A DNA stretch of 62,870 nucleotides, filler included, from Octopus bimaculoides (Eukaryota), in NCBI RefSeq assembly GCF_001194135.2. It is 4 parts of 4 records of this genome, joined end to end, with 100 filler letters (N's around TTAATTAATTAA, not from the genome) between each part and the next. Parts side by side here need not be neighbours in the genome. Positions count along the whole stretch, not along the records: positions 41,379 to 61,270 come from NC_069000.1; positions 61,371 to 62,870 come from NC_068981.1; 2 more parts are not named here. One strand, written 5' to 3'. Under the pieces are notes generated by a model that saw nothing but the letters and a program-made list of their open reading frames with translations, ran no database searches and was not told the origin of the DNA. The translations under genes and the position numbers were made by a program. Shown here piece by piece: positions 50,951 to 62,870 of the stretch (position 1 is the stretch's first letter; every line of letters starts with the position of its first letter).

Positions 50951-53186
50951 TACATATATATATATATATATATATATTACAGAGATGTACTTGCATAGCA
51001 AGTGACTTGATCTGAGATCATGTGCTGAAGCAAAAACAATTGCAGCATGGAAGGGCTTTGTGTCAGGTAATGAGTGGTTAGAGTGTGACTGAAGAATAGA
51101 AACAGGTGTCTTGTTGTAGAAGAGAAAAATGGTTACCCGGTGAGAGGGAGAGAGCAAGAGAGAGAGGGGGATAGAGAGAGAGGGGGAGGATAGAGAGAGA
51201 GGGAGACAGATCAAGAATGAAGACAGAAACAGGTGTGTTGCGGCAGAAGTGATACATGGTTACCCAGTCAACAAGAGAAAGAGAGAGAGAGAGAGAGGAA
51301 CCACGAAGATATTTCTGTTGGAATATTTGTCGAACTCCATTTACTTGATCAGAACTAAACCTTAGTGACAAGCAAACAGTCTATAAATATTGGAATATCT
51401 ATGGTAACTTGGCCTAGGAGTTGTTTCTAAATATTATCTGGATACTGCCAAAACTGATAAGAAATATACTTCCCAGCAACATGCAATAACATGGCTTACC
51501 TCTGTCAAATGTAATGCTTATCTTGTCATATTGTTTAGAATTAATCATGCATTATCTCATAGCTTCAAGATTTCGATGAAATGATTGTTTATTTTTATAA
51601 TGACATTGTATGGTAGGTGTGGGAAACTGGATCTGGCCAATTTGAACATAAAACAAGCTAGAATATTTGGGCCGAATATAGCCGGTTTAAATGCTAAAGG
51701 GCTAATGAGCTTTATTGTGACTACACACCAACACATTTACAATACCTCCCCCACCAGACTTTATGGCACTTCAGATCAGCTGACTTGAAGAAGCTCTAGT
51801 GATAGTTCCATGCAAACTATCCTTGGCAATATATGTTTTTCACCTCTGACCCTTCAAGAATAACGATGTGAGTGACTGAAATCATTCTCAAAAGCAAAGA
51901 TCAGCAAATTGGTCATTATTGACCCCTGGGGGGTGGTCTATGTGGCTATCCAGATGATGTGCTCAGCTGCGCTCCGCAGTAATAACCATGATGGTATTGT
52001 TGCGGGGAATGGCCAGTGACACTCAATACAGCAGCTTCTCCACTTCATGGGCTCATTTCTCCACCAGGCCGCCATTATCTCTACTTTGTGGAGGAAATTA
52101 GTAGTACAAGGTCCCAGAACAACTGACATCTCGACAGTGACCAGCACAAACTGATAACGACTGGTCTTTACCAATTTTTCTCTCCTCTGCGTTATGGATG
52201 GTGACACCCAGGTTTACAGCCAATGCTGCAAGGTTGGAGCCAGAGATCATGTCACATCTCAGACTAGAGCTCTGCTTTACTCAAATGGGAAGAGGGTTAT
52301 TCCATCGGGATGCTTACTGTTCCCGCAGTCAAGACCTACTAGTTCAGGTTGAGACAGGAAACCAGCCTTCTGATTATGTTATACAGAGCAGCATGTCAGG
52401 GGAATTGGCCCATGCTAAGGCTGCAGGATAATGGATGCAGGCTGAATTTATCTACCATACTTATCAATACCTTTCTGAAATGTTTCAGATTTCTTTTTTT
52501 TACATGTTGTTTATATTTTTGTGATTAGAGCCAGATGATCTGCATATAATGGTTGACAAATATTTAATGATTTCCAAGCACATCCTCAACCATTTCTCAA
52601 CCCAAATTTTCTATTTATAACTAATCATAATTCTGTAATTCATACAATCACAAAGGTATTTGTAAAAATTTAATCTTTATAAATGATTCAAACTTAATAT
52701 TGATTTCCCATCATTGATACAAAACAGTAACAAAATAACAAATATCTTCATGCATGCAATTTTAATATAAAATATATAAATATTATCAATCAAGAGATTT
52801 CAATGACATATATTCAAATTTTAGCATAAGGCCAGCAATTTCAAGGAAGGAGTAAGTTGGTTACATCAGTCCCAGTGCTCAACGAGTACTAATTTTATTA
52901 GTAGCATTTTAACTCAGAATAGCATTTTAACTCAGAATGTAAAAACGGACACAATGCCACTAAGCATTTTGCCCAGAATGCTAACAATTCTACCATCTCG
53001 CCACCTTGAAAAGCTTTAAATGATATATATTAAAAAAATATATTTAAAAAGTTTTGAAATATTGGAAAATTATTATTTGAATGTGAAAAAAGAAACATTA
53101 TTGCTAATATATACACTTGAAATTTGGGAACGAAAAATTATGTAGAAATTATAAAATGTATCTTTTTTTAAACTTCCTGATTACAT

Positions 53187-53750
53187 TTATGTAAATGATT
53201 TGTAAAATGCTAGGTTACCAAGAACCAAAGTATAATGAAGCAAATCAATGCGCAGGATTCCAAACCAAGCTCCTTCGCTTCCAATCATCACACCAGAAAG
53301 AATATATATAATACAAGCTAAAAATCCAAACAAGTTTTCATGATATAGACATAGAGCAATTATGATGATAATTGCCAAACCGGCTATTGGTTCTGATATT
53401 GAGCGTTTCACCTCTGAGTCCATGAAAAAGCTGAAGGTAATGGCAAAAAAGCAAACAGCAGAAAGAATCCATGATATCATTGTGAAATGATAGTAAATAC
53501 AGAATCCAATGGACAGTAATGGAATTCCAACAAATGTTGCCAGTAAAGAAAAAAGCATGTGTGCTCTGATGATATCCTTATATGGTTTCTCCATTGAAAA
53601 TCGAGCTACTCCAATGCTAGCTGCCATTCCTTGGATAAAGATACCAAGTCCTGCGATGACGCATACTTCTTTTAGTTTGACTGCCACAAAATAAGCTGAC
53701 AAAGCCAGGAAAAAATCAGACAAAGCCGTGCTTAACTGGCGGCCTCCCAT
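53187..53750 (-). CDS. TMEM276: TMEM276-like multi-pass membrane protein (187 aa, one coding exon)
   Basis: ORF MGGRQLSTALSDFFLALS...RIDLLHYTLVLGNLAFYKSFT with several hydrophobic segments; N-terminal STALS and C-terminal D..H/W.L..G..A.Y pattern recalled from TMEM276; ttccag acceptor 6 nt before the ATG (exon starts 53756). Confidence 0.75.
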   Translation of the reverse strand: MGGRQLSTALSDFFLALSAYFVAVKLKEVCVIAGLGIFIQGMAASIGVARFSMEKPYKDIIRAHMLFSLLATFVGIPLLSIGFCIYYHFTMISWILSAVCFFAITFSFFMDSEVKRSISEPIAGLAIIIIIALCLYHENLFGFLACIIYILSGVMIGSEGAWFGILRIDLLHYTLVLGNLAFYKSFT

Positions 53751-53934
53751 TGTTACCTGGAAGTAAATGATTGCAATATATATATTAACCAGATAAAATA
53801 TAATGGGTAGATGATACATCTTTACTCAGAATATTCCTCAACTGTTACATCACATAAAATTGGTTACAGAAAAACAAGGCAATGAATTAGCACACAAGTA
53901 GCCATATAACAGAAATAAGAGATCACAATTCACA

Positions 53935-54188
53935 AATTGTGACTGTTCTTCAAGCTGAAGGAGCACCTCAGAGTCAGTCATTTTGAAGATGAAGGAGGCC
54001 CGTGACAAGGGTCTTGGACACCTTCACTTTGGAGATCTTCCACGGGGCCTTCACAAAGTGGTTGGAGCACTACACGGGCATTGAAATCAGAGGATGCTAC
54101 TTTGTAGGAGATTAGAGTTTTGTATTTATATTAAAATAACAAATGTCCCTCCTGAAAAAGTCATAAAACTTCTGGCATGCATCTTGTA
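53935..54188 (+). mobile_element. mariner transposase C-terminal remnant
   Basis: LKEHLR...FHGAFTKWLEHY...IEIRGCYF.GD* pattern. Confidence 0.7.
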
Positions 54189-54834
54189 TGTTCAACTCTT
54201 GTGTGTGTGTAGCTGATTAGTTTGAGAGTAGAATTTGTAGGCAGAAACTGAGAAGAAACCTTCGTTTGTATGTGTGGCGGGGGGAGTAGAGACAACAAAC
54301 GCATTTGCCCGTATAAAATTCGCCTCAAGTTTCATCTAATTCATGCCAGCATGGAAAAGCGTATATAAAAAAGCAAGTTAGCATACACACACACACATAC
54401 ATAACTGCACATTAGTGCTAATTTGTTTAAAATGTAACAAATATTAATGTTTTCTTCTTTTCTTTTTTTAGTTTTAAATAATTTATTGAAGCATTTTCTT
54501 TTAATAACACCATCCTTAAATTTTAATCTGTAACGCTTTTGATTCCCTTTGACAGCTTTCAACAATGTTATTTTCTAAATATTAAAAGCCTTTTATAGAT
54601 CATTGTTGGAAATCTAAGTCTTGCTGTATCTCTAAACACTACCGGTAGCCTGCACGCAGTCCTGGTCCTGCGATAGATATTCCGATGTAAATACACTATT
54701 GTGAACAAAATTGATTCTGACAAAATATTTTAACAAATATCGAGTTACCGACACTCCTGTAGTAAATTAGGTAAATTACGAGTGACAAACTTGTAATAAC
54801 CAATAATTATCTAGTCATTCAATTTACGTGATAT

Positions 54835-54950
54835 GGCGAAAGTAAAGAATACGTACACCCGGTGTTTAGGATTAGGGGTTAGGGTTTAGGTGAGGATCAG
54901 GGGTTTTGTTACGCCGATGTACGGTGATGTACGTGTTCTTTGCCTCCGCC
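54835..54950. mobile_element. Degenerate small foldback element with a TTAGGG-like core
   Basis: 23-bp inverted repeats (19/23 match) at 54835-54857 and 54928-54950 around ttaggattaggggttagggtttagg. Confidence 0.55.
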
Positions 54951-57013
54951 CGCGATATTTACGACTCAATCGGGAATATTCCGCTTCGATTAAATACTTT
55001 CTTGCATTACATATATCTACAGACATAACTACATAAGTGTGCTCCCATCCCATCTTTTTTTTTTCCTCATAATTTTCTGAAAAATTAATATATTTTTAAT
55101 GTAATTTTCAACAAATGCGTTTCAAATACGTATCAAATTCCAATACAATCGTAAGCTACACCATCTGGTACATATTTGCTGAAAATTTCATTAGAAAATA
55201 CCCATTTTTCAGAAAGTTATGAAGAAACAAAGTTAGAGGTGTACATTTATGTAGTTAAGTGCATCCATAAAGCTAATTCGAGGCATCAAACGTAAAAAAG
55301 CAAGCGTTGAACCGCTTAGCGCCGTTTTATATCTTATTTTCGGCGAAGATATGAAAGAAATTTGTTCTCCTCCCTAGAAATACTAATACCCCTATGGTTT
55401 CTGAAACCTATTTGTATGTCACGGATCAGTGGAAATGACTACTCAAAATAGGTCTTTCAAAATGTAACATAGGAAAAATTGTCCCGAGTTCGATTGTTAG
55501 AGGTTGACTTTGTTCTTCAGTCTAGACAACTAAATTTTAAAACAAAATATGAATCTTGTTTGTTTACAAATAACAACATATTTGTTTACATTTTGGTATT
55601 CTTTAATTGAATATCTCCTCACTTTTACGGTCCTGAATTCAAATTGGTCTTTTGACTGCGCTTTTTACGGTCCCGATGGCCAGACGGACATCCACGAGCG
55701 AAAATTGCTATTATCGACCAAAACAAGATACTGGACATTGCTGCTATAGACTAAGAAGTTCTGTCCGGAGAGTTTTTTTGTTTTTTTTTAATCTAGCAGG
55801 TACCCTCGAACTCAACGTTAATTGTATTAAATGGTGTGCAATATCATTTAATTCACATTTGTCCATCTGAACTGTCCGGAGACACTACCTGACCAAAACC
55901 CAGTTAATATGTTTCCTTCTTTTTTATTTCGAATGCGTTATATTTTAATACACTTTCGGTACATATTTTAGTTTGTAAAATAACTTCGGGTCGTCGCTAT
56001 TTCTACTTGAATTTAGGTCCGTAAAAGTGAGGATACCCACTTTAACTAAGTAGTTTATTTATTTAGTTTTTCGCTTTTATACATTAGTTGGTTAAACAGA
56101 TTTAAAACCAAAAGTGATGAGGGAAAAACTGTCCAAATATCTGATAGGCAAATGTTTAAATTTAAAGTGAAGTTCGTTCAACTGCTTTACATTCACAAAT
56201 TTATATAGAACAACAGTGTCCTGAGTAAAGTGTCAGGATATCATCAGTAGATAATGATTAAGTTTTGTTGTCTATTTTTGTAGATTACCAAAATAATAAT
56301 AATCTATTGAATTGATTCAAACAATTTCTTAAATTTAACTTTCCCAGAAAAAATCGGTGTTTAACTATCATAATAGTTTTCATTTGAAAATATCGAAATC
56401 TGTCAAAAATACAATTCAAATGTATTTATTAACGTAGTGAAGGAATGTGGTACTTAATTTTTCTTTTAAAAAGATTTTAAAATGTAAATTACTGTGTAAT
56501 GTGTACATGGGGAGTGTCAATTACATTTTGTGTCTATAAATGGGTCAATATGAACATTTTTTAAAAAGAAAACCGCTTCATAATTTAATTTATATTTTCA
56601 TTTTTGAACTTAGTTAAAAAAAAATTTTTGTTCAGAAATCAGCCTAAATGAAATATAAATTACAAGATCAAATAACTTTTTCTAATCTCTGAAATTAATC
56701 CAACCATTACGAGGATCATAATTATGTTGCTAGTGTTGGTAATGTTATCTAGTTAACAATCACATTTCATCGGTTCGGATATTAATACGATTTTAAGGAA
56801 ATTTCCCAATTTCTTTCTTCGTATTCTAGTAGATTTAACAACTACTTCGACACTGTCCTATCGAACTAAAGCTAAAGGATTATCCCGGAGAGAGAGAGAT
56901 TAACAAGCGTGATAACCACGAATTTTACCCAAGCAGAATCAAAGATCCTGCGATGAGACAAATAATAACAACTTATAATAAACATAAAAGTGTGAAAATT
57001 TAGTTATACTCAC

Positions 57014-57160
57014 TTCTTCGAAAATATAACCGTGGAGTCCTTCCTTGTTTTTCTGGTAAATTACAGCAGCTTCCGTGTAAATTGGATTATATAAAAACAA
57101 TAACAAACAGAGTTCAAAGTACACCAGAATTGTGTTTCGGCTTGTTAGAATTATCTCCAC
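57014..57160 (-). other. Candidate upstream exon of the TMEM276-like gene (5' UTR or non-AUG coding)
   Basis: Strong GAA|gtgagt donor at 57013; stop-free frame joins GTA-ACA-ATG at 53756 in phase 0. Confidence 0.45.
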
Positions 57161-57773
57161 ATAGAGTTGTTGTGAAAGACTACTTTTTGTGAGTCGTTTT
57201 AGTCTTCTGGAGGAGTTAGTGTGAATAAGTGTTTCCGTAACTCACATATTACGTCTTATCGTCATACTTATCGTCACTAAAAGTGACAGTCTTTATTAAT
57301 ATATTCATACTAATTTGTTAAGCGTATTTCAGTTGCATATAATAAGGATTTAATTTTACTGAAGTAGATGGGACACCATAGCGACTGAAGTAAGCGCCCT
57401 ATTGAGAAGTTAAGATCCTGGATAAACCGATCGTATCGTTATACATTCAGATCTTGTCACAGACGTTATTCTAAGGTCCAGTAATCTTAATTCTAATTAT
57501 CAAACGTCTTTATATGTATCTATTAACAATATAAAGTATAAAATTCTTGAAAAAAATTTTAATTATTGTATAACCTATTTAGTATAAAAGCATGCCTCAA
57601 CACAGCAAATTGCCTTCAACTGTAGCTTCAGGTTGACCAGTCCCTTGTCAATGGAATTTGGTGGACGGAAACAATACGGAAGTTACTTTGTGTGGGAGGG
57701 GGGCACGAGCGCGTATGTGTAATTTTGGGGGAAGAGTTAAGTCGATTACATCGATCCCAGTACTCAACTCTGG

Positions 57774-58004
57774 GGTACTACTAAAGCAGCACGGTCCCGA
57801 ACGCGCAGTCGCGCGTCCGGGCTAGCTAGTCGTGAGTGGTCGATCCTAACCCTAACCCTAAACACGTATTCATTTGCACACGCGGGTTGGGGATAGGGTT
57901 AGGGATAGGGTTAGGGACAGGGTTAGGGTTAGGATCGACCACTCAAGACTAGCTAGCGCGGACGCGCGACTGCGCTTTCGGGACCGTGCTGCTTTAGTAG
58001 TACC
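57774..58004. mobile_element. 231-bp foldback MITE with 86-bp TIRs and telomere-type repeats, inserted into a SINE
   Basis: TIRs differ at 3 positions; flanked by CAACTCTGG at 57765-57773 and 58005-58013; CCCTAA/TTAGGG repeats at the inner TIR ends. Confidence 0.9.
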
Positions 58005-58577
58005 CAACTCTGGTACTTAATTTATCGACCCCCGAAAAGATGAAAGGCAAAGCCGACCTCGGCGGAATTTGAACACAGAACGTAATGACAGACGAAATGC
58101 CGCCAAGCATTTCGCGCGGCGTGCTAACGTTTCTACCAGCTCGCACACTGTATATGTGTACAGGCATGAATGTCATTACATCGTCAATATGTTGCTCCAG
58201 TATGGCCGCAGTCCAATGACTGAACCAAATAAAAGACAGAGATCTGTATATATGTATGTATATGCACTCACTATACACATTGCCATGGGTCCACCGAACA
58301 GTTACTCTGGGGCCTCACAGGTCTTGGAACCCAATTCTGTTGTATATATGTTGTGGCTTGCTGTAAATAAATAAATACTATAAGGATAGGGCCCAAGGCA
58401 CATTGATTACCCCAGGGACTTATAATGTTACTAAGACAACCCTGATTACATCCAAAACTTCTTGAATATCTTTCATATTGTCTTTTGATGGTTTCTAAGT
58501 GTAATCTCCAGGTTAAGCATGTTTTGTTCTGAGCTTTGTGAAACCCAACTTCTCAAGATTGGTACTGAGGCAGTTGT

Positions 58578-58962
58578 GGAGGTGCAATGGCCCAGTGGTT
58601 AGGGCAGCGGACTCGTAGTCATAGGATTGCGGTTTCGATTCCCAGACCAGGCGTTGTGAGTGTTTATTGAGCGAAAACACCTAAAAAGCTCCACGAGGCT
58701 CCGGCAGGAGATGGTGTTGAACCCTGCTGTACTCTTTCACCGCAAGTTTCTCTCACTCTTACTTCCTGTTTCTGTTGTGCCTGTAATTCAAAGGGTCAGC
58801 CTTGTCACACTGTGTCACGCTGAATATCCCCGAGAACTACATTAAGGGTACATGTGTCTGTGGAGTGCTCAGCCACTTGCACATTAATTTCACGAGTAGG
58901 CTGTTCCGTTGATCAGATCAACTGGAATCCTCGACATCGTAAGCGATGGAGTGCCAATAACA
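58578..58962 (+). mobile_element. Near full-length tRNA-derived SINE, third family (partial - strand copy 62632-62870)
   Basis: tggcccagtggttagg A box, ggtttcgattcc B box, AAC/CAA tail; matches the reverse complement of the window end. Confidence 0.85.
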
Positions 58963-59300
58963 ACATATATATATATATATATATAAATCACTTAATAACT
59001 AAGACACTTTAGCACGTAACAAAAGTATGAGGTTTCAGTTAAGAGCTATTCAGAAGTAAAATTGTAACAATGGAGTCAGCATTTAAATTTTTCTAAGTAT
59101 ATTGTAGGAAAGAATTGGAACACGCATTCTTCAAGCCAAACCATTCAGCAGGAGCTCGAAGGGGAGATAAAGAATGAGATAGTTGAATAATATCCACGGG
59201 CATATGGTGTAGTGGTTAAAAGCGTGGGCTATTAACCCCAAGATTCTGAGTTCGCTTCCAGGCAGTGACTTGAATAATAATAATAACATCAAAAAATACC

Positions 59301-59333
<33 letters not shown>

Positions 59334-59357
59334 GTATGTGTGTGTATATGTTTGTGT

Positions 59358-59560
59358 ATCTGTGTTTGTCCCCCCAACATCGTTTGACAACCGATGCTGG
59401 TGTGTTTACGTCCCTGTAACTTAGCGGTTCAGCAAAAGAGACCGATAGAATAAGCACTAGGCTTACAAAGAATAAGTCCTGGGGTCGATTTGCTCGACTA
59501 AAGGCGGTGCTCCAGCATGGCCACAGTCAAATGACTGAAACAAGTAAAAAAGTAAAAGCA
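59358..59560 (+). repeat. Interspersed repeat / SINE 3' part (fragments ~46085-46150 and 58170-58250)
   Basis: gctccagcatggcc.cagtcaaatgactgaaacaagtaaaa shared between copies. Confidence 0.6.
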
Positions 59561-59639
59561 GAATGAATGAGTAAACGGACAAAATGGACAAACAAACAAA
59601 AAGAGGAAGGAAAGAAAGCTACAAAATTACAACTTGGAA

Positions 59640-60779
59640 AATACTTTTATTATAATCATCAATAATTTTCAAAACCTGAATTACAACATAAGAACCCTTC
59701 TTTCATTCATATTTACAATAATTTAATTTTTTTTTTTTCTGTTTGATATGGAAAATTTAACCTCATATATAGCTGTTGTTCTTGACACAAATAAAGAGGG
59801 CAGCGTGAAATAGTGTCCAATGTTGAGAAAATGAAAATGAAAGTAGGAAGGCTAAAGTAGAATCTGAGGAGAGTGATGATGATGCTTTTTTTTCACGTTT
59901 TTTTTTTTTAATTTATCTCAATTTTAAGATGCCAATAATAAAAAAATAATAATAATAATTCAAAGACACCATATATTTGAAAAAAACAATGTGTAAGTTA
60001 AAGTTAACATGTTTAATGCAAGAAACATTGAAAAGCAAACTAGAAACAAAAGTACAGTGACAATAGTCAATGATTGTTCAAATGTTTCTAGCAAATATGG
60101 AAAACAAATCTAGACATTTTCAATTTTAATCTATTTTTAAACAATACTGGGGTTTTTTGGGGGGTTTTTTTCTAAAACAACACAAATAAATAATTTTGTA
60201 CATTTACATAGTGATTATTTTATCACTACTTTGGCAAGTATGGTGAAGGCTATGCTTTGCTGAAAAGGGTAGAATAAGACTGAAAATGTGTTAGAGTTGT
60301 CTCCAATGCTTGCTGGAAAGTGAAAATAATATTAGTCCTTGACTAATAGCACTATGTAACAATTTTTTTTCTTTTTTTGTCTTTGATTGGTAAATGTTAT
60401 TTCTTGTTTGCTTTTATCTAGAAATTAAAGGAAATGACTACTATTCCCTTCAAACTTTGCTTTTGTAAACTGGACATCAATGTTTTGAAACTGACTTATT
60501 TTCCATTACATTTCCGATTCAGTGCTGAGTTGCTGAAGTAGAACTGTTGTCATAGCAAATTTTTCTGTTCAATACCACAGATTTGCTTGCCAGTTGCTTA
60601 ACTATAACCACTTGAGCATGTCTCTTAGTGGCTGACAATTGACAATATGTGCATCTCTGATCATGAGCAGGAGTAGTGGAGAAGCATCATAGCGATATGT
60701 TGAGAAGGACTCTTTGAGATTTGAATAAATGTAACAAAAGCCAAAGTTTGAAGGAAATATTAGCCATTTTTCATATTTT
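59640..60779 (-). other. Candidate terminal exon (ENMKNG*, stop 60762-60760) plus ~1.1 kb 3' UTR
   Basis: cttatttacttatccatag acceptor after a 131-nt intron; AATAAA on the - strand near 59646-59651. Confidence 0.4.
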
Positions 60780-60910
60780 CTATGGATAAGTAAATAAGAA
60801 ATACCAGTTACTACCCAAGGTCCAAAATCATGCCACACAGTGTAATGTACATTTATTTACAGTTAGCTATTTTAATTATCCATGCATTAAAAATGTTCAC
60901 ACTAACTTAC

Positions 60911-60943
60911 CTATAAAAACAAAGTTGGAGTAACTATGGCCGA
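60911..60943 (-). CDS. Candidate penultimate 33-nt exon (GHSYSNFVFI) of an unidentified gene
   Basis: tttcttttttcag acceptor and ATAG|gtaagt donor on the - strand. Confidence 0.5.
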   Translation of the reverse strand, partial: SAIVTPTLFL

Positions 60944-61166
60944 CTGAAAAAAGAAACCATTGAAACATCATTTTTGTTAGTGACTTTGTTATTTCTAGAA
61001 AGACAATCTCTACTGTGCCAGCAACAAGTACATTTGGAGTGGTGTAAAAAGCATGAAACCAATCAAAGAAAGTAGACATGTCAAAACAATTCACTTATCC
61101 ATTATGAAATTTAAAAATTAATTCCTAGTGATATGAATGAAGATTGGCAGTTCCTATGATATGTTT

Positions 61167-61207
<41 letters not shown>

Positions 61208-61270
61208 CACACACACATATATATGCGTATAAATATATATGTATATATATGTGTATAAATATGTATACAC

Positions 61271-61370
61271 NNNNNNNNNNNNNNNNNNNNNNNNNNNNNN
61301 NNNNNNNNNNNNNNTTAATTAATTAANNNNNNNNNNNNNNNNNNNNNNNNNNNNNNNNNNNNNNNNNNNN
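61271..61370. other. Artificial scaffold join 44N+TTAATTAATTAA+44N
   Basis: Same structure as 27926-28025. Confidence 0.95.
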
Positions 61371-62015
61371 GTAAATGGTGACTCGTTCGAGAAAATAACA
61401 TTCTTCCACTGCTTTAGGGATCAATTCTGTAGGTTTTTACTCCACTCTCAAAGTTTGTTTTTGAAAGTAGTGGTTTCTGATTGCAGCCCTCCCGTAAAAT
61501 CCAAATTTGTGCAGCTCCCGGCGAACCGTTTTTGTGGAAACTGGGTTCTCGAGGTGTTCATTAAACTCTGCAGTATTTTCGAAAGCTGTACTTTTGTGAT
61601 CCTTTCTAACAATTCGCGTAAGAGTCCGACGGTCCCTATCTAAAAGTTTTGGTTTTCTTCCAGAGTTTTGTTTCGATGAGGTTTTTCCTTCTTTCTCAAA
61701 GGCTGTTATTACTTTCGAGACAGTACTTCTTGATACACCAAACATTTCGGCTGTTTTCATTACGCTAGCACCTGCCATACGAGCACCAACAATTTGAACT
61801 CTTTGAAAGTCCTATAGATCTGATATTTTAACAAATTTTAATTACCTTTTTCTGATGATATCTGAAAAGAAAGAGCAATTTTATCAAAAGATATTAAGCA
61901 ACACTAATAATAAACCAAAAATCATAAAAATAAACAAGCTTTTGACGGTTTTATAGATATTTCAAAATTATGATGCTATGATGCTAGGTGTTTCCATTAT
62001 TTTGTCCAACCCCTG
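61371..62015 (-). mobile_element. Tc1 element 5' half (HTH region of the transposase)
   Basis: ORF 61437-61778 (GVSRSTVSKV...SGRKPKL.DRDRR...VS.KTVRRELH..GF.GRAA); TA|CAGGGGTTGGAC TIR. Confidence 0.88.
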
Positions 62016-62465
62016 TACATATATACATGAGAAATGATCAGCCGCAAAGACAGTCATTTTGTATTTAAAAAAAACACGTCTTAAAACTATTTCTAAAATG
62101 TAATATTCTAGAACATTGCTTAAGCAGCAACACAATTTCATGATTTTGATTGTATTATCATCTAGAATGATAATACAAACATGAGAACCAAAAATGAAAT
62201 CACGAGATTGAGCTTGAAGCAACCATTTTCGCACGCGAAGTGAACAAAGGTTTTTAAACGAAAAACCATAAGGATAAATGTTTCCTTCAAACTTTCATTT
62301 CATATTTCAAGAAAATCTTGAGACAAGGAATATTCAAAAGAGGCTCAGGTTAGTATTACCGGGTAAGGATTGGAGATGAGCATCTCAGAGTCCTGGAAAT
62401 CGAAGTCTTTCAGACATAATGCATATGCATGTATGTATTTACACGCACACACATACATACATACA

Positions 62466-62523
<58 letters not shown>

Positions 62524-62591
62524 CATCTTTATATTATGTATATATGCATATATATGTACATATAGAGACATATATATACATATATATATAC

Positions 62592-62640
<49 letters not shown>

Positions 62641-62870
62641 TGGCACTCCGTCGCTTACGGCGTCGAGGGTTCCAGATTATCTGATCAACGGAACAGCCTG
62701 CTCGTGAAATTAACGTGCAAGTGGCTGAGCACTCCACAGACACGTGTCCCTTTAACGTAGTTCTCGGGGATATTCAGCGTGACACAGTGTGACAAGGCTG
62801 ACCCTTTCAAATACAGGTACAACAGAAACAGGAAGAAAGAATGAGAGAAAGTTGTGGTGAAAGAGTACAG

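Noticed and set aside
57845-57935. True telomere or chromosome-fusion scar (opposed CCCTAA/TTAGGG)
   Set aside because: Repeats are short and enclosed by TIRs and a target-site duplication, so they belong to a MITE

Overview
AT-rich eukaryotic genomic DNA dense in microsatellites, SINEs, LINEs and DNA transposons; the repeat families look like those of octopus/cephalopods (recognised from memory, not searched). Three artificial 100-bp joins (44N+TTAATTAATTAA+44N at 27926-28025, 41279-41378, 61271-61370) split the window into four independently assembled blocks. Block 1 (1-27925) holds five in-frame + strand exons of a PIX-family Rho GEF (ARHGEF7/beta-PIX-like: end of DH, PH domain, WSxSCLRPAPP region) plus candidate microexons; its 3' exons were not found. 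Block 2 (28026-41278) is repeat-only and includes a Penelope-like element (PLE) with an inverted terminal copy. Block 3 (41379-61270) holds a + strand tandem-PDZ gene that the ORF track mostly misses, a convergent - strand TMEM276-like membrane protein gene, and the probable 3' end of another - strand gene. Block 4 is Tc1 and SINE debris. Most interesting observation: a PLE family whose terminal repeat carries a tRNA-like Pol III promoter (A and B boxes) directly upstream of a minimal hammerhead ribozyme. It also occurs as a ~285-bp non-coding mini-element inside the PIX intron. All gene models are manual splice-site and frame reconstructions, and most repeat boundaries are approximate.
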